NCBI GenBank assembly: GCA_963713615.1
Contig: CAVQMM010000001.1
Location: 1,184,001 to 1,248,000, forward strand
Reading direction: 5' to 3'
Origin: an uncultured Chlamydiae bacterium
GTDB lineage: Bacteria > Chlamydiota > Chlamydiia > Chlamydiales > JAJFMA01
DNA length: 64,000 nucleotides
Part shown: positions 9,505 to 19,349 of the stretch, one piece after another
Numbering within the stretch: position 1 is the first letter of the stretch
Layout: each line of letters starts with the position of its first letter
Program-made: the position numbers and the translations under genes
The notes under the pieces: model-generated
What the model saw: the letters and a program-made list of their open reading frames with translations, nothing else
The model's database searches: none
Told to the model about the DNA's origin: nothing

Positions 9505-10950
9505 CTAAATCTCTTGCACACTAACGGTGCGTGGAGCGGTGGCCAGAGAGACGGTACCAATGACTATAAGTGACAGGCAAAACCCTGGAAACGTGGCGGG
9601 CATGCTGATATCGGTGAACAGAGGATTAAGCACAGGCCAAACGGCTGCGAAGAGCCCCCCGAATAAGATACCCGCCATGGCGCCATAACGATTGGTCGGT
9701 TTAAAGAATAAGGCCATGAGAACTAGGGGACCGAAGGTGCATCCAAGCCCCGCCCACGAGTAGCCTACGGCATCTAGAACAGTGGTGGTCTGACGTTGAA
9801 AGGCTATAGCCAAGGCGATGAAGGAAACGATAACTACGCCTATACGCGACACACGAAGAAGTCTAGCGGATGTGATCTTAGCGCGAGTAAAGACTTTATA
9901 GAGATCTTCGCTAATGACGGATGCACACACCAAAATTTGAGAATCCATCGTCGACATATTAGCGGCCAGTAAGCCACACAACACGAAACCTGCGACTAAG
10001 GGATGGAAAAGAATTTTGACCATTTCGACAAAAACCAGCTGAGGGTCAGCGAGACCTTCAGGGAAAAATGCTATGCCAATAATTCCTACTGCAGAAGCGG
10101 CACTCAAGGCGATAATCTGCCATGAAATACCAAGGTACTTGGCTTTGTACATCTGCGATGGGTCACTAATTCCCATGAATTTAGTAAGAATATGTGGCAT
10201 CCCAAAATAGCCTACACCCCATCCAAAAGCCAAGGCGAAGGTCTCTATAACCCAATGCGTAGTCCATTCCGGCACCAGGGAAAGAGAGATTCCTTGAGCT
10301 GTAGCGGAGCTCATGATGGTGACATCACTAGGAAGGTGGAAGAAGGCCATGATGGGAACTAAGACAATGACCGACAAGAGCAACAGCCCTTGGAACAAAT
10401 CCATCCAAGCTATCGTAACATACCCCCCTACAAAGGTGTAGGTCAGTGTTACCAGGGTAGCGATAGTGATCGCAAAATAGTAATCGAGTCCGAAAACGGA
10501 TTCAAATAGCACTCCCATCGCTATTAGGCCCGCACCAAGGTAGGCTGTCATAAAGAGCAGCGTCATCAATGCTGTAAGGAATCTGATCGTACCACTGCTA
10601 TCATTGAAACGCCTCTCGAAATAGGTGGATAGTGTGTAGCTGTCTGAAGCCTCCGTAGCGCGACGCAAACGCGGAGCCACGAAATGCCAATTCAGAAACA
10701 TGCCGATGACTAAACCAATAGCCATCCAACATCCTGACAGCCCCTTGAGAAACACCGCCATAGGAAATCCCATAAAGAGCCAGGCACTCATATCGCTAGC
10801 ATGAGCAGAGAGTGCTGTAAGCCAGAAATTGAGCTTACGACCACCTATGATGAAATCGCCTTCTGTCACACTCTTTTTATGCACACATAGGCCAATGCCT
10901 AGAAGAATGCTCATGTAGGCGATAAAAGCGATGATTGTCTCTGTATGCAT
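9505..10950 (-). CDS. putP: Sodium/proline symporter (SSS family)
   Basis: GGRKL, ALSAHASDMSAWLFMGFP, GYFGMPHI and AANMSTMDSQ. Confidence 0.92.
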   Translation of the reverse strand: MHTETIIAFIAYMSILLGIGLCVHKKSVTEGDFIIGGRKLNFWLTALSAHASDMSAWLFMGFPMAVFLKGLSGCWMAIGLVIGMFLNWHFVAPRLRRATEASDSYTLSTYFERRFNDSSGTIRFLTALMTLLFMTAYLGAGLIAMGVLFESVFGLDYYFAITIATLVTLTYTFVGGYVTIAWMDLFQGLLLLSVIVLVPIMAFFHLPSDVTIMSSATAQGISLSLVPEWTTHWVIETFALAFGWGVGYFGMPHILTKFMGISDPSQMYKAKYLGISWQIIALSAASAVGIIGIAFFPEGLADPQLVFVEMVKILFHPLVAGFVLCGLLAANMSTMDSQILVCASVISEDLYKVFTRAKITSARLLRVSRIGVVIVSFIALAIAFQRQTTTVLDAVGYSWAGLGCTFGPLVLMALFFKPTNRYGAMAGILFGGLFAAVWPVLNPLFTDISMPATFPGFCLSLIVIGTVSLATAPRTVSVQEI

Positions 10951-11145
10951 TACCTATCTTCTCTAGATGCTTGTTTTGCAATTGGGAGCCTTCAGTATAC
11001 CAATATTTAACTATAAATTCAACAAATACATATTTTGAGAGTATAAAATTGGAAATTATTAGGATTTGCAAAGTCGAGCGATGTGCCTAGTCGTTAGGCA
11101 TGACACCTGTAGGGGTAGAAGCTCTCCCAAATTTAACAGGAGATG

Positions 11146-11544
11146 CAGGCATACGCATCAACCTAACACAGAAAGTCGATTCCTATGATGTTAAATATCA
11201 ATTTATTGAGTACATGATAGATGTTGTAGATACGGCTAAAATGGACTTTAACAGGATATACAGGATCGCTTCGCGGCATGATATGCGGGATCACTCCTAC
11301 CTTCAAAATGCAAATAGGGCTGACAATGTGCTTAAAGTGGAAAGGGGGTAGGAGTGGAGAGGGTTTGACGCGAGTCTATTCCAACTCCATCCTGTTAATT
11401 TTTTAAAATAGAGTTCCCCTATGATTCTGAAGAGGATAGTTAAGGTCCATTTTAGCAATACCTACAACATCTTTCGGATCGCCCCAAGCTATATTTAATG
11501 ACATAAGAAGACCATTTTCTTGTTAAGTTGATGCGTATGCCTGC
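11146..11544. repeat. Nested inverted-repeat element with CATACGCATCAACCTAA...TTAAGTTGATGCGTATG ends
   Basis: Outer inverted repeat GCAGGCATACGCATCAACCTAACA / TGTTAAGTTGATGCGTATGCCTGC; inner inverted repeat GATGTTGTAG..CTAAAATGGACTTTAAC / GTTAAGGTCCATTTTAG..CTACAACATC. Confidence 0.7.
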
Positions 11545-11643
11545 CTATCATGCCGCGAAGCGCGCCGAGACGGTCTTCAATTGTCTTTTATTGGCCAATG
11601 GATTAAAAAGTTAGTCTATTCGAATCAACAACTTAAGAGTGTT

Positions 11644-12588
11644 ATGAAGAAATCTAAGCTTGTTATCATTGGGTCTGGTCCAGCCGGCTTCACCGCAGCT
11701 ATTTACGCAGCCAGAGCCAACCTAGAACCGGTTATGTATGAAGGGTTCTATTCTGGCCCTGCAGGCGGTCAGCTGATGACCACGACCGATGTAGAAAACT
11801 ATCCTGGCTTTCCTAAAGGCATCAGTGGTCCAGCGCTGTGTCAGGAATTTCGCACCCAGGCGGTACGCTTCGGAACGACTATCATACAAGATGATGTCGT
11901 CTCTGTGGATTTGCAAAGGCATCCGTTTATTGTGAAGGGCAAAAACAACGAGCATGAAGCGGAGGCGGTGATTATTTCCACAGGAGCGATGGCCAAGCGA
12001 CTCGATATCCCTGGAACTGGCGAAGATGGATTCTGGCAGAAGGGTGTAACGGCCTGTGCTGTATGCGATGGCGCTATGCCTATCTTCCGGAATCAACCTC
12101 TTTTTGTGCTGGGAGGTGGTGATTCTGCTATGGAAGAAGGGCTCTTTCTCACTAAATTCGGCAGCAAAGTCTATATCGTCCATCGTAGAGATGAACTACG
12201 AGCATCCAAGATTATGGCCGAACGGGCTAAAAAGCACCCCAAGATTGAGATCTTGTGGAGTACCGCGATTTCTAAAGTCACCGGTGATAGTGTTGTGAAG
12301 GCGGTCACCTTAAAAAATCTTAAAACCGGTGAGGAAAGGGAACATGTGGCTGGAGGCGTTTTCTTCGCTGTCGGGCACGTTCCTAATACTGCTTTCCTCA
12401 ATGGGCAGCTAAAGCTTCATTACAATGACTACATTGTTGTAAAGCCTGGAACATGCCAGACGAGTGTCGAAGGTGTTTTCGCCGCGGGTGATGTGCAAGA
12501 CTTTGTGTACCGCCAGGCCGTAACAGCCGCTGGAACCGGTTGCATGGCAGCTCTAGAAGCTGAACGCTGGTTGGCTGCACGCGAATGA
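11644..12588 (+). CDS. trxB: Thioredoxin-disulfide reductase
   Basis: GSGPAG, ENYPGF, CAVCDG redox motif, GGGDSA and GVFAAGDV. Confidence 0.98.
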   Translation: MKKSKLVIIGSGPAGFTAAIYAARANLEPVMYEGFYSGPAGGQLMTTTDVENYPGFPKGISGPALCQEFRTQAVRFGTTIIQDDVVSVDLQRHPFIVKGKNNEHEAEAVIISTGAMAKRLDIPGTGEDGFWQKGVTACAVCDGAMPIFRNQPLFVLGGGDSAMEEGLFLTKFGSKVYIVHRRDELRASKIMAERAKKHPKIEILWSTAISKVTGDSVVKAVTLKNLKTGEEREHVAGGVFFAVGHVPNTAFLNGQLKLHYNDYIVVKPGTCQTSVEGVFAAGDVQDFVYRQAVTAAGTGCMAALEAERWLAARE

Positions 12589-13415
12589 GAACGCTATTGT
12601 TCCGCAGCCTGCTGATCTCTATCTTTCTTGGGTTGTATGCCACTGCACAGGCTGCTGACTTAAGGCCATGGTTTGGTCGGGACAGAATGCTCTATATTCG
12701 TCCTTGGAGTACTATGCAGTGGTATCCCTCGATTGATACCGGCAGCGGAACGATTCATCGCAGAACCTTCAATCAATTCTATGGTGTAAGTGCCACGATT
12801 GCTAAGGACGATACTTGGTCGCTAGAAGGCGAAACAACCTTTTCTAAGACTAGCCAGCACTCTTTTACGTTAGAAAATGGCTCGGTTACCCTTCGACGTA
12901 AGTTCCTCAATGACATTGTAGGCGATCCAGTTTCGTTAGTTGCCGGGATGACACTGACAGGTCCAACCGGCCGTGCTCTGCGTGACTACAATACCATCTA
13001 CCATGGCCGATCGGACATCGAAGGCCATCTTGCAATCGGGAAGGAATGTTCTTGTGGGGCTTATTGGGACTCTCGCTGGTGGGGAGCATTCATCATCGGC
13101 AAAGCAGATATCGGAGATGCCTGGTTTCGAGCTCGTGGAGAATGGGAAAAAAGCTATTTTGACCAGCATCAGTGCCGGCTATTCGTTGAAGGTGCGGGCG
13201 GCTTTGGTCATCGCTCGCTATCCATACAAGCTCCTTTCAAAGGCTATGGCAGGGTGCAATATCGCCTGATCGATATTGGAGCCAGTTACCGTTTTCTCAT
13301 CGACGATGATGGTAAGATGTTAACAATTGAATATGCCCGTAGAATACTGGCTCGTAATACAACCAAGAACGTTAACAACGTCTCACTATGTGTCCTGCTG
13401 CCCTTTAATCTATAA
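12585..13415 (+). CDS. Exported, probably outer-membrane beta-barrel hypothetical protein
   Basis: Signal peptide (AQA-A), aromatic-rich beta-strand pattern; overlaps the trxB stop (ATGA). Confidence 0.6.
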   Translation: MRTLLFRSLLISIFLGLYATAQAADLRPWFGRDRMLYIRPWSTMQWYPSIDTGSGTIHRRTFNQFYGVSATIAKDDTWSLEGETTFSKTSQHSFTLENGSVTLRRKFLNDIVGDPVSLVAGMTLTGPTGRALRDYNTIYHGRSDIEGHLAIGKECSCGAYWDSRWWGAFIIGKADIGDAWFRARGEWEKSYFDQHQCRLFVEGAGGFGHRSLSIQAPFKGYGRVQYRLIDIGASYRFLIDDDGKMLTIEYARRILARNTTKNVNNVSLCVLLPFNL

Positions 13416-13498
13416 TCAGTAGGGATTTTTTTTTACCACAGAGTGCACAGAGGACACTGAGATTAGGAGAGAGAAATAGGAAATGGGCCAGTACAAGA

Positions 13499-14221
13499 AT
13501 CGAGTAGGGGGGAGCCTCCCGGCTCCCGCCCTCTCACACCACCGTACGTACGGAACCGTATACGGCGGTTCATGATCGCTATGACCTAGCGCATACTAGC
13601 TTCATCATTGGGATGTAACCCATGGATTCAATTTCTCGGTTTGATAAGGCTCTGTGCATCCCTGGTGTTTTAGCCATTCTCCATGGCCCCTTACCGCTGT
13701 ACCCACAATTTATCGCCGAGCGCTCTTTAAGCCCCAAAGCAATCAGACGTTTATGTCGGGTTCGAGGGGTTTTCCATTGTCTCCATTGGATATTTCTGAT
13801 TTTCCGTCTGATCCATCCATCCAAACTCTGAAATACGTTTCGCTCTTCTGATATGCTAAAGTAGTTTGCCCAGCCTCTCGTGATTGGCATGATTAGTTTT
13901 CGGATGCTTTCCGATATATTCATGCCTCTCATTTTCCTGGTCAAACTCCTCACCTTATCTTTTAAACGTTTCACTCTGCTTGGGTGAACGGTAATTCTTC
14001 CCGGTTGCCTTCCTGTGGTAAAGGTAAACCCCAAGAATTTCCGTTCCCATGGATGGGCAACGGCACTCTTCTGCTCGTTTACTATGAGTTTAAGTTTGCT
14101 GGTTAGAAATTTCACTACAGATTCCATCTCGCGATGGACACCCTTGCCTTCTCTAACGGTTCTCCTTACTAGAGCCCGTAAAGGACTTTCACCTTCTAGT
14201 TTAACGACATACCGGTCGCAC
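13499..14221 (-). mobile_element. Group IIC intron, internally deleted, with both ends intact
   Basis: 5' end GTGCGACCGG...GGTGAAAGTCC...GAAGGCAAGGGTGTCCATCGCGAGATGGAATCTG; domain V GAACCGCCGTATACGG..CCGTACGTACGGTGGT; domain VI ending CCCCTACTCGAT. Confidence 0.9.
13579..14127 (-). pseudogene. Truncated group II intron-encoded protein (RT7 plus thumb/X maturase domain only)
   Basis: KLKLIVNEQKS, KFLGFTF, RGWANYF and LDGWIRRKIR; no YADD motif or RT1-5. Confidence 0.9.
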
Positions 14222-14340
14222 GGCGTTTAAAAACTACGTTTTTAAACGCCTCTTGTACTGGCCCAAAGCCTCACAATTGGACCTTGATCCTCTCTCTCCT
14301 AATCTCAGTGTCCTCTGTGCACTCTGTGGTAAAAAAATCC

Positions 14341-14706
14341 CTACATCCACAGGGCTGTGGCTGTGGCATATTCGTGGCAATGGCTGATCGTAAGCAAGAT
14401 TTGCCCAGCCCCCACAAGGGTTTGGATACTCTGCGAAAGAGTGGCTTCCGGCTTGCCATGTATATCATTGATAATCTCAATATCCTTCCAAGTAATCCCA
14501 TGGCGAAAGCCCGTGCCTATGGCCTTCACAATTGCCTCTTTGGCTGCAAAACGACCCGCAAAATGCCGCATGGAATCATGGAACTGCTGGCAATAGGCGA
14601 TTTCTTGATCAGTGAATACTGTGGTCAAGAAGCGCTGTCCATTGCGACTAATGGCCTTGCCGATGCGCGCTACGGCAATAATGTCACTGCCCAAACCTTT
14701 TATCAT
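14341..14706 (-). CDS. acpS: Holo-[ACP] synthase
   Basis: GLGSDII, FAGRFAAKEA, GKP and ISHCHEYA. Confidence 0.96.
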   Translation of the reverse strand: MIKGLGSDIIAVARIGKAISRNGQRFLTTVFTDQEIAYCQQFHDSMRHFAGRFAAKEAIVKAIGTGFRHGITWKDIEIINDIHGKPEATLSQSIQTLVGAGQILLTISHCHEYATATALWM

Positions 14707-14769
14707 GGAATCCTTAGGAAATTATGTGGAGTACGGCCCTTGTAGCCGCACTCCAAGGATACTCTACCC

Positions 14770-15885
14770 TTAGGCCGAAAAATACTTCTTCACGGCTGTT
14801 TCAGGCATAGCAGAGATCGCCTCTGGCGGAGGGATCATTTGACCATTTTCACCAGTCCACTCTTCAGTGGCATTGCAGAAAATCATGCGGCCAGAGCTTG
14901 TATGTTTAACGGACAGCACTCGAGCACGGATGGTTTCACCGATAAACTCAGCTCCACCATTAATGACTACCATCGTACCATCCTCCAGATACCCTACGCC
15001 TTGCCTAGGCTCCTTGCCGTAACGCTGGATCTTGATGGTGATGTACTCGCCAGCCTGAGCCACTGGTTTTAATGAGTTTGCAACACTATGAATATTGATG
15101 ATGCGGACACCTTCAATCTCAGACTGCTGAATACGACTGATATCACCAGTAAGGATGTTCGCATCGATCAAACGCGCAATCCTAATGAGCTTCAGAACGG
15201 GATCCTTAACATCAGGTAAGTCGGTATCGGTAAACCGAAGACCAAGCTCTGAGTTACCTTCCAACTTCTTGATGACTTCCAGAGCACGTCGTGCGCGAGA
15301 TCGAATAGCTTCATCCTCTGACTCTGACTGAGTGTGGAGCTCGGTAAGAATATATCTTGGAATAATCAGATAGTTGTCGAGCAACCCCGAAGCGACGACA
15401 TCAATGATGCGCGTATCCAAGAGGATCGAGCCATCAACAAGAATGTCTTTCTTCTTTTGAGTGTTAGGGTTAAGTCGAATAAAGGGAATGCTCAAAGTGA
15501 TCTCTTCCGCCGCACGGACAGTGAAAATCATGCTCAAATAGATGCTGACCAAGAACACAAATGTGCGGGCAAGCCCCCACACTGCTGAGTCAAGGTTAAC
15601 AACCCCTACACCCAGGACAGCCTCTAATATTAGTACCACTGCTTGTCCCATCAAATAGCCGAAGAATAGGCCGATGGCCGCAAGGTTAAACACCCGCAAG
15701 CTAAAACGTTCGAAGGAACGTCCAAGGACAGTAATTAGTAGCCCAAGGGCCAACCCAGCCCCTGCACCAAATAGCAACCTGTTAACGGTACTGACTTCGA
15801 CATCCGCTGTTAATGCGAAAGCCGTAGTAAACAATATGCTAAGCAGCACAAAGAAGTTTCGAATAAAAACGACCGAAAGCTTCAT
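14770..15885 (-). CDS. Membrane-anchored PIN/TRAM-domain protein (YacL-like)
   Basis: N-terminal transmembrane segments; LVDGSILLDTRI PIN start; GKEPRQGVGYLEDGTMVVI; TSSGRMIF. Confidence 0.9.
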   Translation of the reverse strand: MKLSVVFIRNFFVLLSILFTTAFALTADVEVSTVNRLLFGAGAGLALGLLITVLGRSFERFSLRVFNLAAIGLFFGYLMGQAVVLILEAVLGVGVVNLDSAVWGLARTFVFLVSIYLSMIFTVRAAEEITLSIPFIRLNPNTQKKKDILVDGSILLDTRIIDVVASGLLDNYLIIPRYILTELHTQSESEDEAIRSRARRALEVIKKLEGNSELGLRFTDTDLPDVKDPVLKLIRIARLIDANILTGDISRIQQSEIEGVRIINIHSVANSLKPVAQAGEYITIKIQRYGKEPRQGVGYLEDGTMVVINGGAEFIGETIRARVLSVKHTSSGRMIFCNATEEWTGENGQMIPPPEAISAMPETAVKKYFSA

Positions 15886-16104
15886 AGTTAGTATACCTAA
15901 ATAACGAATTGATGAATATGGTGATAGACAACCTAAATAAAACCACCATGCAAGAAATTTACCAAAATAGTTCGTTTTTGTCTATATATTGAGTAACCGT
16001 TCAATGGGTAGGAGAATCCAAGCCCGTGAACGGTTACAAGAGGAATGTGGTCTATATAAGACCACATTCCGTAAGCAGGATACAAGGCGCAGAATAAAAT
16101 AACG

Positions 16105-16548
16105 TTATTCCGCAAACAAATGAGGGCGTCCATCATGCTGAGCCAGACGGTCGTGAACAATCTGCGTCAGTGCGACAGCGCCACACCCTACGGCACCCAT
16201 CAGAATGAGACCTGCTAGAGCTCCAAGTTTTGGCAATGTGGCAAAAATGATCACTGCCATCGCCGTTGCCGATAGAGCTATGGTAAATAAACTTGAAGTT
16301 TGCGTCTCAATGGCTTGATCCTGACGATGCGCACGCATCTCGCGGCTGCTAAGATCTTGCGCTTGGCGTTGGGCAGCCAATGACAAATCTAGGCGTCCTA
16401 GGCAATACTTGCCTATGCCATACATTGTGGTTGCGACTGCTGCAGTAGCACCGAGAACACCCAAAATGGGCATGCTCGCCGCTGCCAAATCCTTAGATGC
16501 TGCGTAGCATCCGCGTTCACCACAAAAATTTGCTATATAACCATCCAT
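16105..16548 (-). CDS. Hypothetical membrane protein with a long bilobed hydrophobic segment (Inc-like)
   Basis: GGGGAGG SD; about 45-aa hydrophobic hairpin near the C-terminus. Confidence 0.5.
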   Translation of the reverse strand: MDGYIANFCGERGCYAASKDLAAASMPILGVLGATAAVATTMYGIGKYCLGRLDLSLAAQRQAQDLSSREMRAHRQDQAIETQTSSLFTIALSATAMAVIIFATLPKLGALAGLILMGAVGCGAVALTQIVHDRLAQHDGRPHLFAE

Positions 16549-16705
16549 GATTCCCTCCCCTTACTGATTGAGTATTTAACGAACTCAACCAGTATATCAA
16601 AGGTAATGCTTGTTATTTGTTTGTTCTTTGTTAAGGTTGTGTGAATGAAGGGCGTTTTGGATGGACAAAAGGTCGCGTCTCGACGCGAAGCACTTTGAGG
16701 GGAAA

Positions 16706-17119
16706 AGGAGATTAGGAATTTTTACCGCCGAGGCGCAGAGACGCCGATATAGGAGAGAGAGGAAAAGGAAAGAATGTTCAGTTACTGCCGGCTCTGGACA
16801 AAATCCAGTCTAGGGGTGCCCGCAAAAATACGATTCTGCAGAGCCCTTAGGCAGAATTTTGCCCAAGGCCTCACAAACGGCACATTCTCTCCTCAATCCT
16901 CTCTCTCCTATCTCGGCGTCTCTGCGCCTCGGCGGTAAAATCGGCCTTGTTCACCTTTACGGTCAGAATTTCGGTCGGACGAAAAAGGTCGGATGTCGTG
17001 GTTTGTGACGAGGGCATAGCGCCAGCTATGTCCGAGGAGCAAAACGCGACAGACGATCCTTTTGCAGTCGACCGAAAACTGACCGCAAAGGTGAATAAGG
17101 CCGTAAAATCCTAATCTCC
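16706..17119. repeat. Nested repeat cluster: family-B arms, chimeric family-C palindrome and an inserted MITE
   Basis: TTTTACCGCCGAGGCGCAGAGACGCCGA / TCGGCGTCTCTGCGCCTCGGCGGTAAAA arms; the interior matches parts of 40388-40640. Confidence 0.8.
16943..17102. mobile_element. 160-bp MITE with an 8-bp target-site duplication
   Basis: TIRs GGCCTTGTTCACCTTTACGGTCAG / CTGACCGCAAAGGTGAATAAGGCC; flanked by GTAAAATC at 16935-16942 and 17103-17110. Confidence 0.88.
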
Positions 17120-17125
17120 TCTTCC

Positions 17126-18313
17126 TCACAGGTCTTCGGTGAAGGTGAGTTGCGAGCCCTTATTAAGGCGTTCTTCAGAGATACATTCCAGCCTACGATA
17201 CATGGTTGTTGCATATTCGTAGATATACCCAACACCGGTGGCGAGGCCAGTTTCTCTGCGGAGAAAATGTCCATCCTCGTATTGCGTTTCGCTTTCCTCA
17301 AGGACTTTTTTATCTTTAAGCCGTCGGTAACGCCAAAGAGCTGCAGAGTCGACTAAAACTTGCGCTTCGGCACTGGCACCGGTACGTTCGACCCACCAAT
17401 GAAGAAGGGCATCCAGATCTAATGCCTCGACCTTTTGTGTCGGTTGAAGCACAAGCAGGGGAAATCGTTGCTTGCCTACCGCTACACAGCTGCTAGCTTC
17501 AGCATCGAAACGCAGGCCTGCATCACGCGCTGCGGCCAGACAGCCATACCAAGATTCAAAGTTGGGCAAGCGTAAGACTGCCATGATTGTTCCACCCTCG
17601 CGCAACACACGTTTCCAACCGCTAAAAGCGCCTGAAGCTACGCGTTGAAAATACTCGCAAATCGTGTTGCAAGTAGGATCCAAGGCAGAAAGGGATTCTC
17701 GATCAGGCGCAAGCATTGAGGGTTCAAAATCGATGCCCAATAGGGAAGCGACGACATCAAAAGATCCATACGCTGAGGATAATTCCGAGTAGTCCGCCAG
17801 CATAAATTGACAGTTAGCAGCAGTCTCCGCCGTCGAAGCGATAGAGAGTAGTCCATCATGACGATCAATAGCCGCGAATTTAACATTCGGAAAATGCTGA
17901 GACATCCAACGCGTCCAGCTGCCTACTCCACATCCCATATCAGCAACATTCATCCCTGGTGACAATAGAGGCTTAAGTTTGCGCTGCAGTTGTTGCCCGC
18001 ATGCACTGGAAACATGACTTTGGGGGCTAAACAATAGAGCCGCTTCGGGAAGCGTATCGATAACCGCATAAAGCTCTTCAGATTTGTAGGGACGCTGCTG
18101 ACGCAGCTCCATCAATTCTTCAAAACGTTCCAATGAAGCTGGACTAAACGCTGTCCTCATACGCTCACGAGCTTCTTCTGGGGCAATATTCAGAAAATAG
18201 CCCTCTTGGCGTAGGAATGTTTCAAAGTCGGTAAATCCCGTTTCAGTAGTCGTTGATGATGACGAGTGAAGCATTGGAGTCTCCTGAGTCCTATTGTTTA
18301 GCGGGAAGAGCAT
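17126..18313 (-). CDS. Class I SAM-dependent methyltransferase (start may be the ATG at 18274)
   Basis: VADMGCGVG motif I, AAID, SFDVV and RVLREGG. Confidence 0.8.
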   Translation of the reverse strand: MLFPLNNRTQETPMLHSSSSTTTETGFTDFETFLRQEGYFLNIAPEEARERMRTAFSPASLERFEELMELRQQRPYKSEELYAVIDTLPEAALLFSPQSHVSSACGQQLQRKLKPLLSPGMNVADMGCGVGSWTRWMSQHFPNVKFAAIDRHDGLLSIASTAETAANCQFMLADYSELSSAYGSFDVVASLLGIDFEPSMLAPDRESLSALDPTCNTICEYFQRVASGAFSGWKRVLREGGTIMAVLRLPNFESWYGCLAAARDAGLRFDAEASSCVAVGKQRFPLLVLQPTQKVEALDLDALLHWWVERTGASAEAQVLVDSAALWRYRRLKDKKVLEESETQYEDGHFLRRETGLATGVGYIYEYATTMYRRLECISEERLNKGSQLTFTEDL

Positions 18314-19349
18314 GGTTGAAAAAGTCTATGACAAGATGCCCAAGCTCTTGGTGCAAACGGCGGCGGCGATGCTCCAGGGGCAAGGTAGGGACAGCATCCT
18401 TAGGAAGACGCGCTCTGACAGCATCCAGCCCCTGGGACGTCCACTCGCCCATGAACTCCCAGTGTCCTGTGCGCCCCTGGATCTCCTTGAACTCTGCCTG
18501 AGGAATCCACTGTGCATAATGGACAGCGTTGCGAGCTGCGTTGATTTCTTGATCATCATCACCGACAACGATGAACGTATCCGTGATGATTTTCTTTAGA
18601 TCTTTTTCCTGAAAGATCCATGCCCAGCTGGGAGCCATAAGAAAATAGGCATGGATGCGTGGATCACGGTATGACTGTTTCCATTTGGCGATGTCAGTGG
18701 CTTTTAGTAAAGCTTCGCCCCCCCTGAAGGAATCGGGATTAGCGTCTTCCTTGTGCGGAAGCAAATCCGCCAAGCGAACATCTGCCGCGACTCCCCCGGC
18801 TAGCCAGACCCCTACAAGGCCTCCCTCGGCGAAACCCGCCATACCGATTCGGTTGGGGTCAATAAGGGGCCCCCAAGTAGAGGACTCTAACGAAGTCAAT
18901 AGTTCCGAGATATCCAGAGGACGATTCCATAAATTGATATCGGGAGTACCATCTAAAGCGGTGTCATCATGGCGCACTGCTGCAACGATGTATCCGTTGG
19001 CGACTAATACCTGGGCAAGCCAGGCCAAGCTATCGGGTGTGCCTCCAATGCCTGCAGATAAAAGAATCAACGGGTATTTATGCTCTGAAGGTTTTAGAGG
19101 GGCATCTACCGCAGCAGGAACGCGTCTAAAAAGGCTGTCGACGACGGGTTGAGCGGGTGTTTTGACATCAATAGGATACCATACCATACACTGCAGGGTC
19201 TTTTTACGAGTGACATCTGCAATTTCCCAGGTAGTAAAACCTGTTTTTGTGGCTATGTTGTGGTAATCTGTCAAAGGGAGATCAGGAGACTGACAACTGG
19301 GTACAGCTAATCCTAATAGAGCTAGAAGAGCAAACGATCGAACCATCAT
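18291..19349 (-). CDS. Lipoprotein alpha/beta-hydrolase-fold protein (PAF-AH/dienelactone-hydrolase-like)
   Basis: Lipobox-like AVPSC; VWYP, YPLILLS, GYIVAAV, RPLDIS, RIGMAGF.GG, DPRI and GHWEF. Confidence 0.8.
   Translation of the reverse strand: MMVRSFALLALLGLAVPSCQSPDLPLTDYHNIATKTGFTTWEIADVTRKKTLQCMVWYPIDVKTPAQPVVDSLFRRVPAAVDAPLKPSEHKYPLILLSAGIGGTPDSLAWLAQVLVANGYIVAAVRHDDTALDGTPDINLWNRPLDISELLTSLESSTWGPLIDPNRIGMAGFAEGGLVGVWLAGGVAADVRLADLLPHKEDANPDSFRGGEALLKATDIAKWKQSYRDPRIHAYFLMAPSWAWIFQEKDLKKIITDTFIVVGDDDQEINAARNAVHYAQWIPQAEFKEIQGRTGHWEFMGEWTSQGLDAVRARLPKDAVPTLPLEHRRRRLHQELGHLVIDFFNHALPAKQ

Larger units (their letters stand above)
13420..14343. repeat. Family-B inverted arms enclosing a palindromic mini-element and the intron
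   Basis: 13420-13474 TAGGGATTT..ACCACAGAGTGCACAGAGGACACTGAGATTAGGAGAGAGA is the reverse complement of 14291-14343, apart from poly-T length. Confidence 0.85.

Noticed and set aside
13579..14127. RT fragment as a retron, DGR or defence RT
   Set aside because: It is flanked by group II intron ends with domains V and VI and lacks the catalytic YADD region
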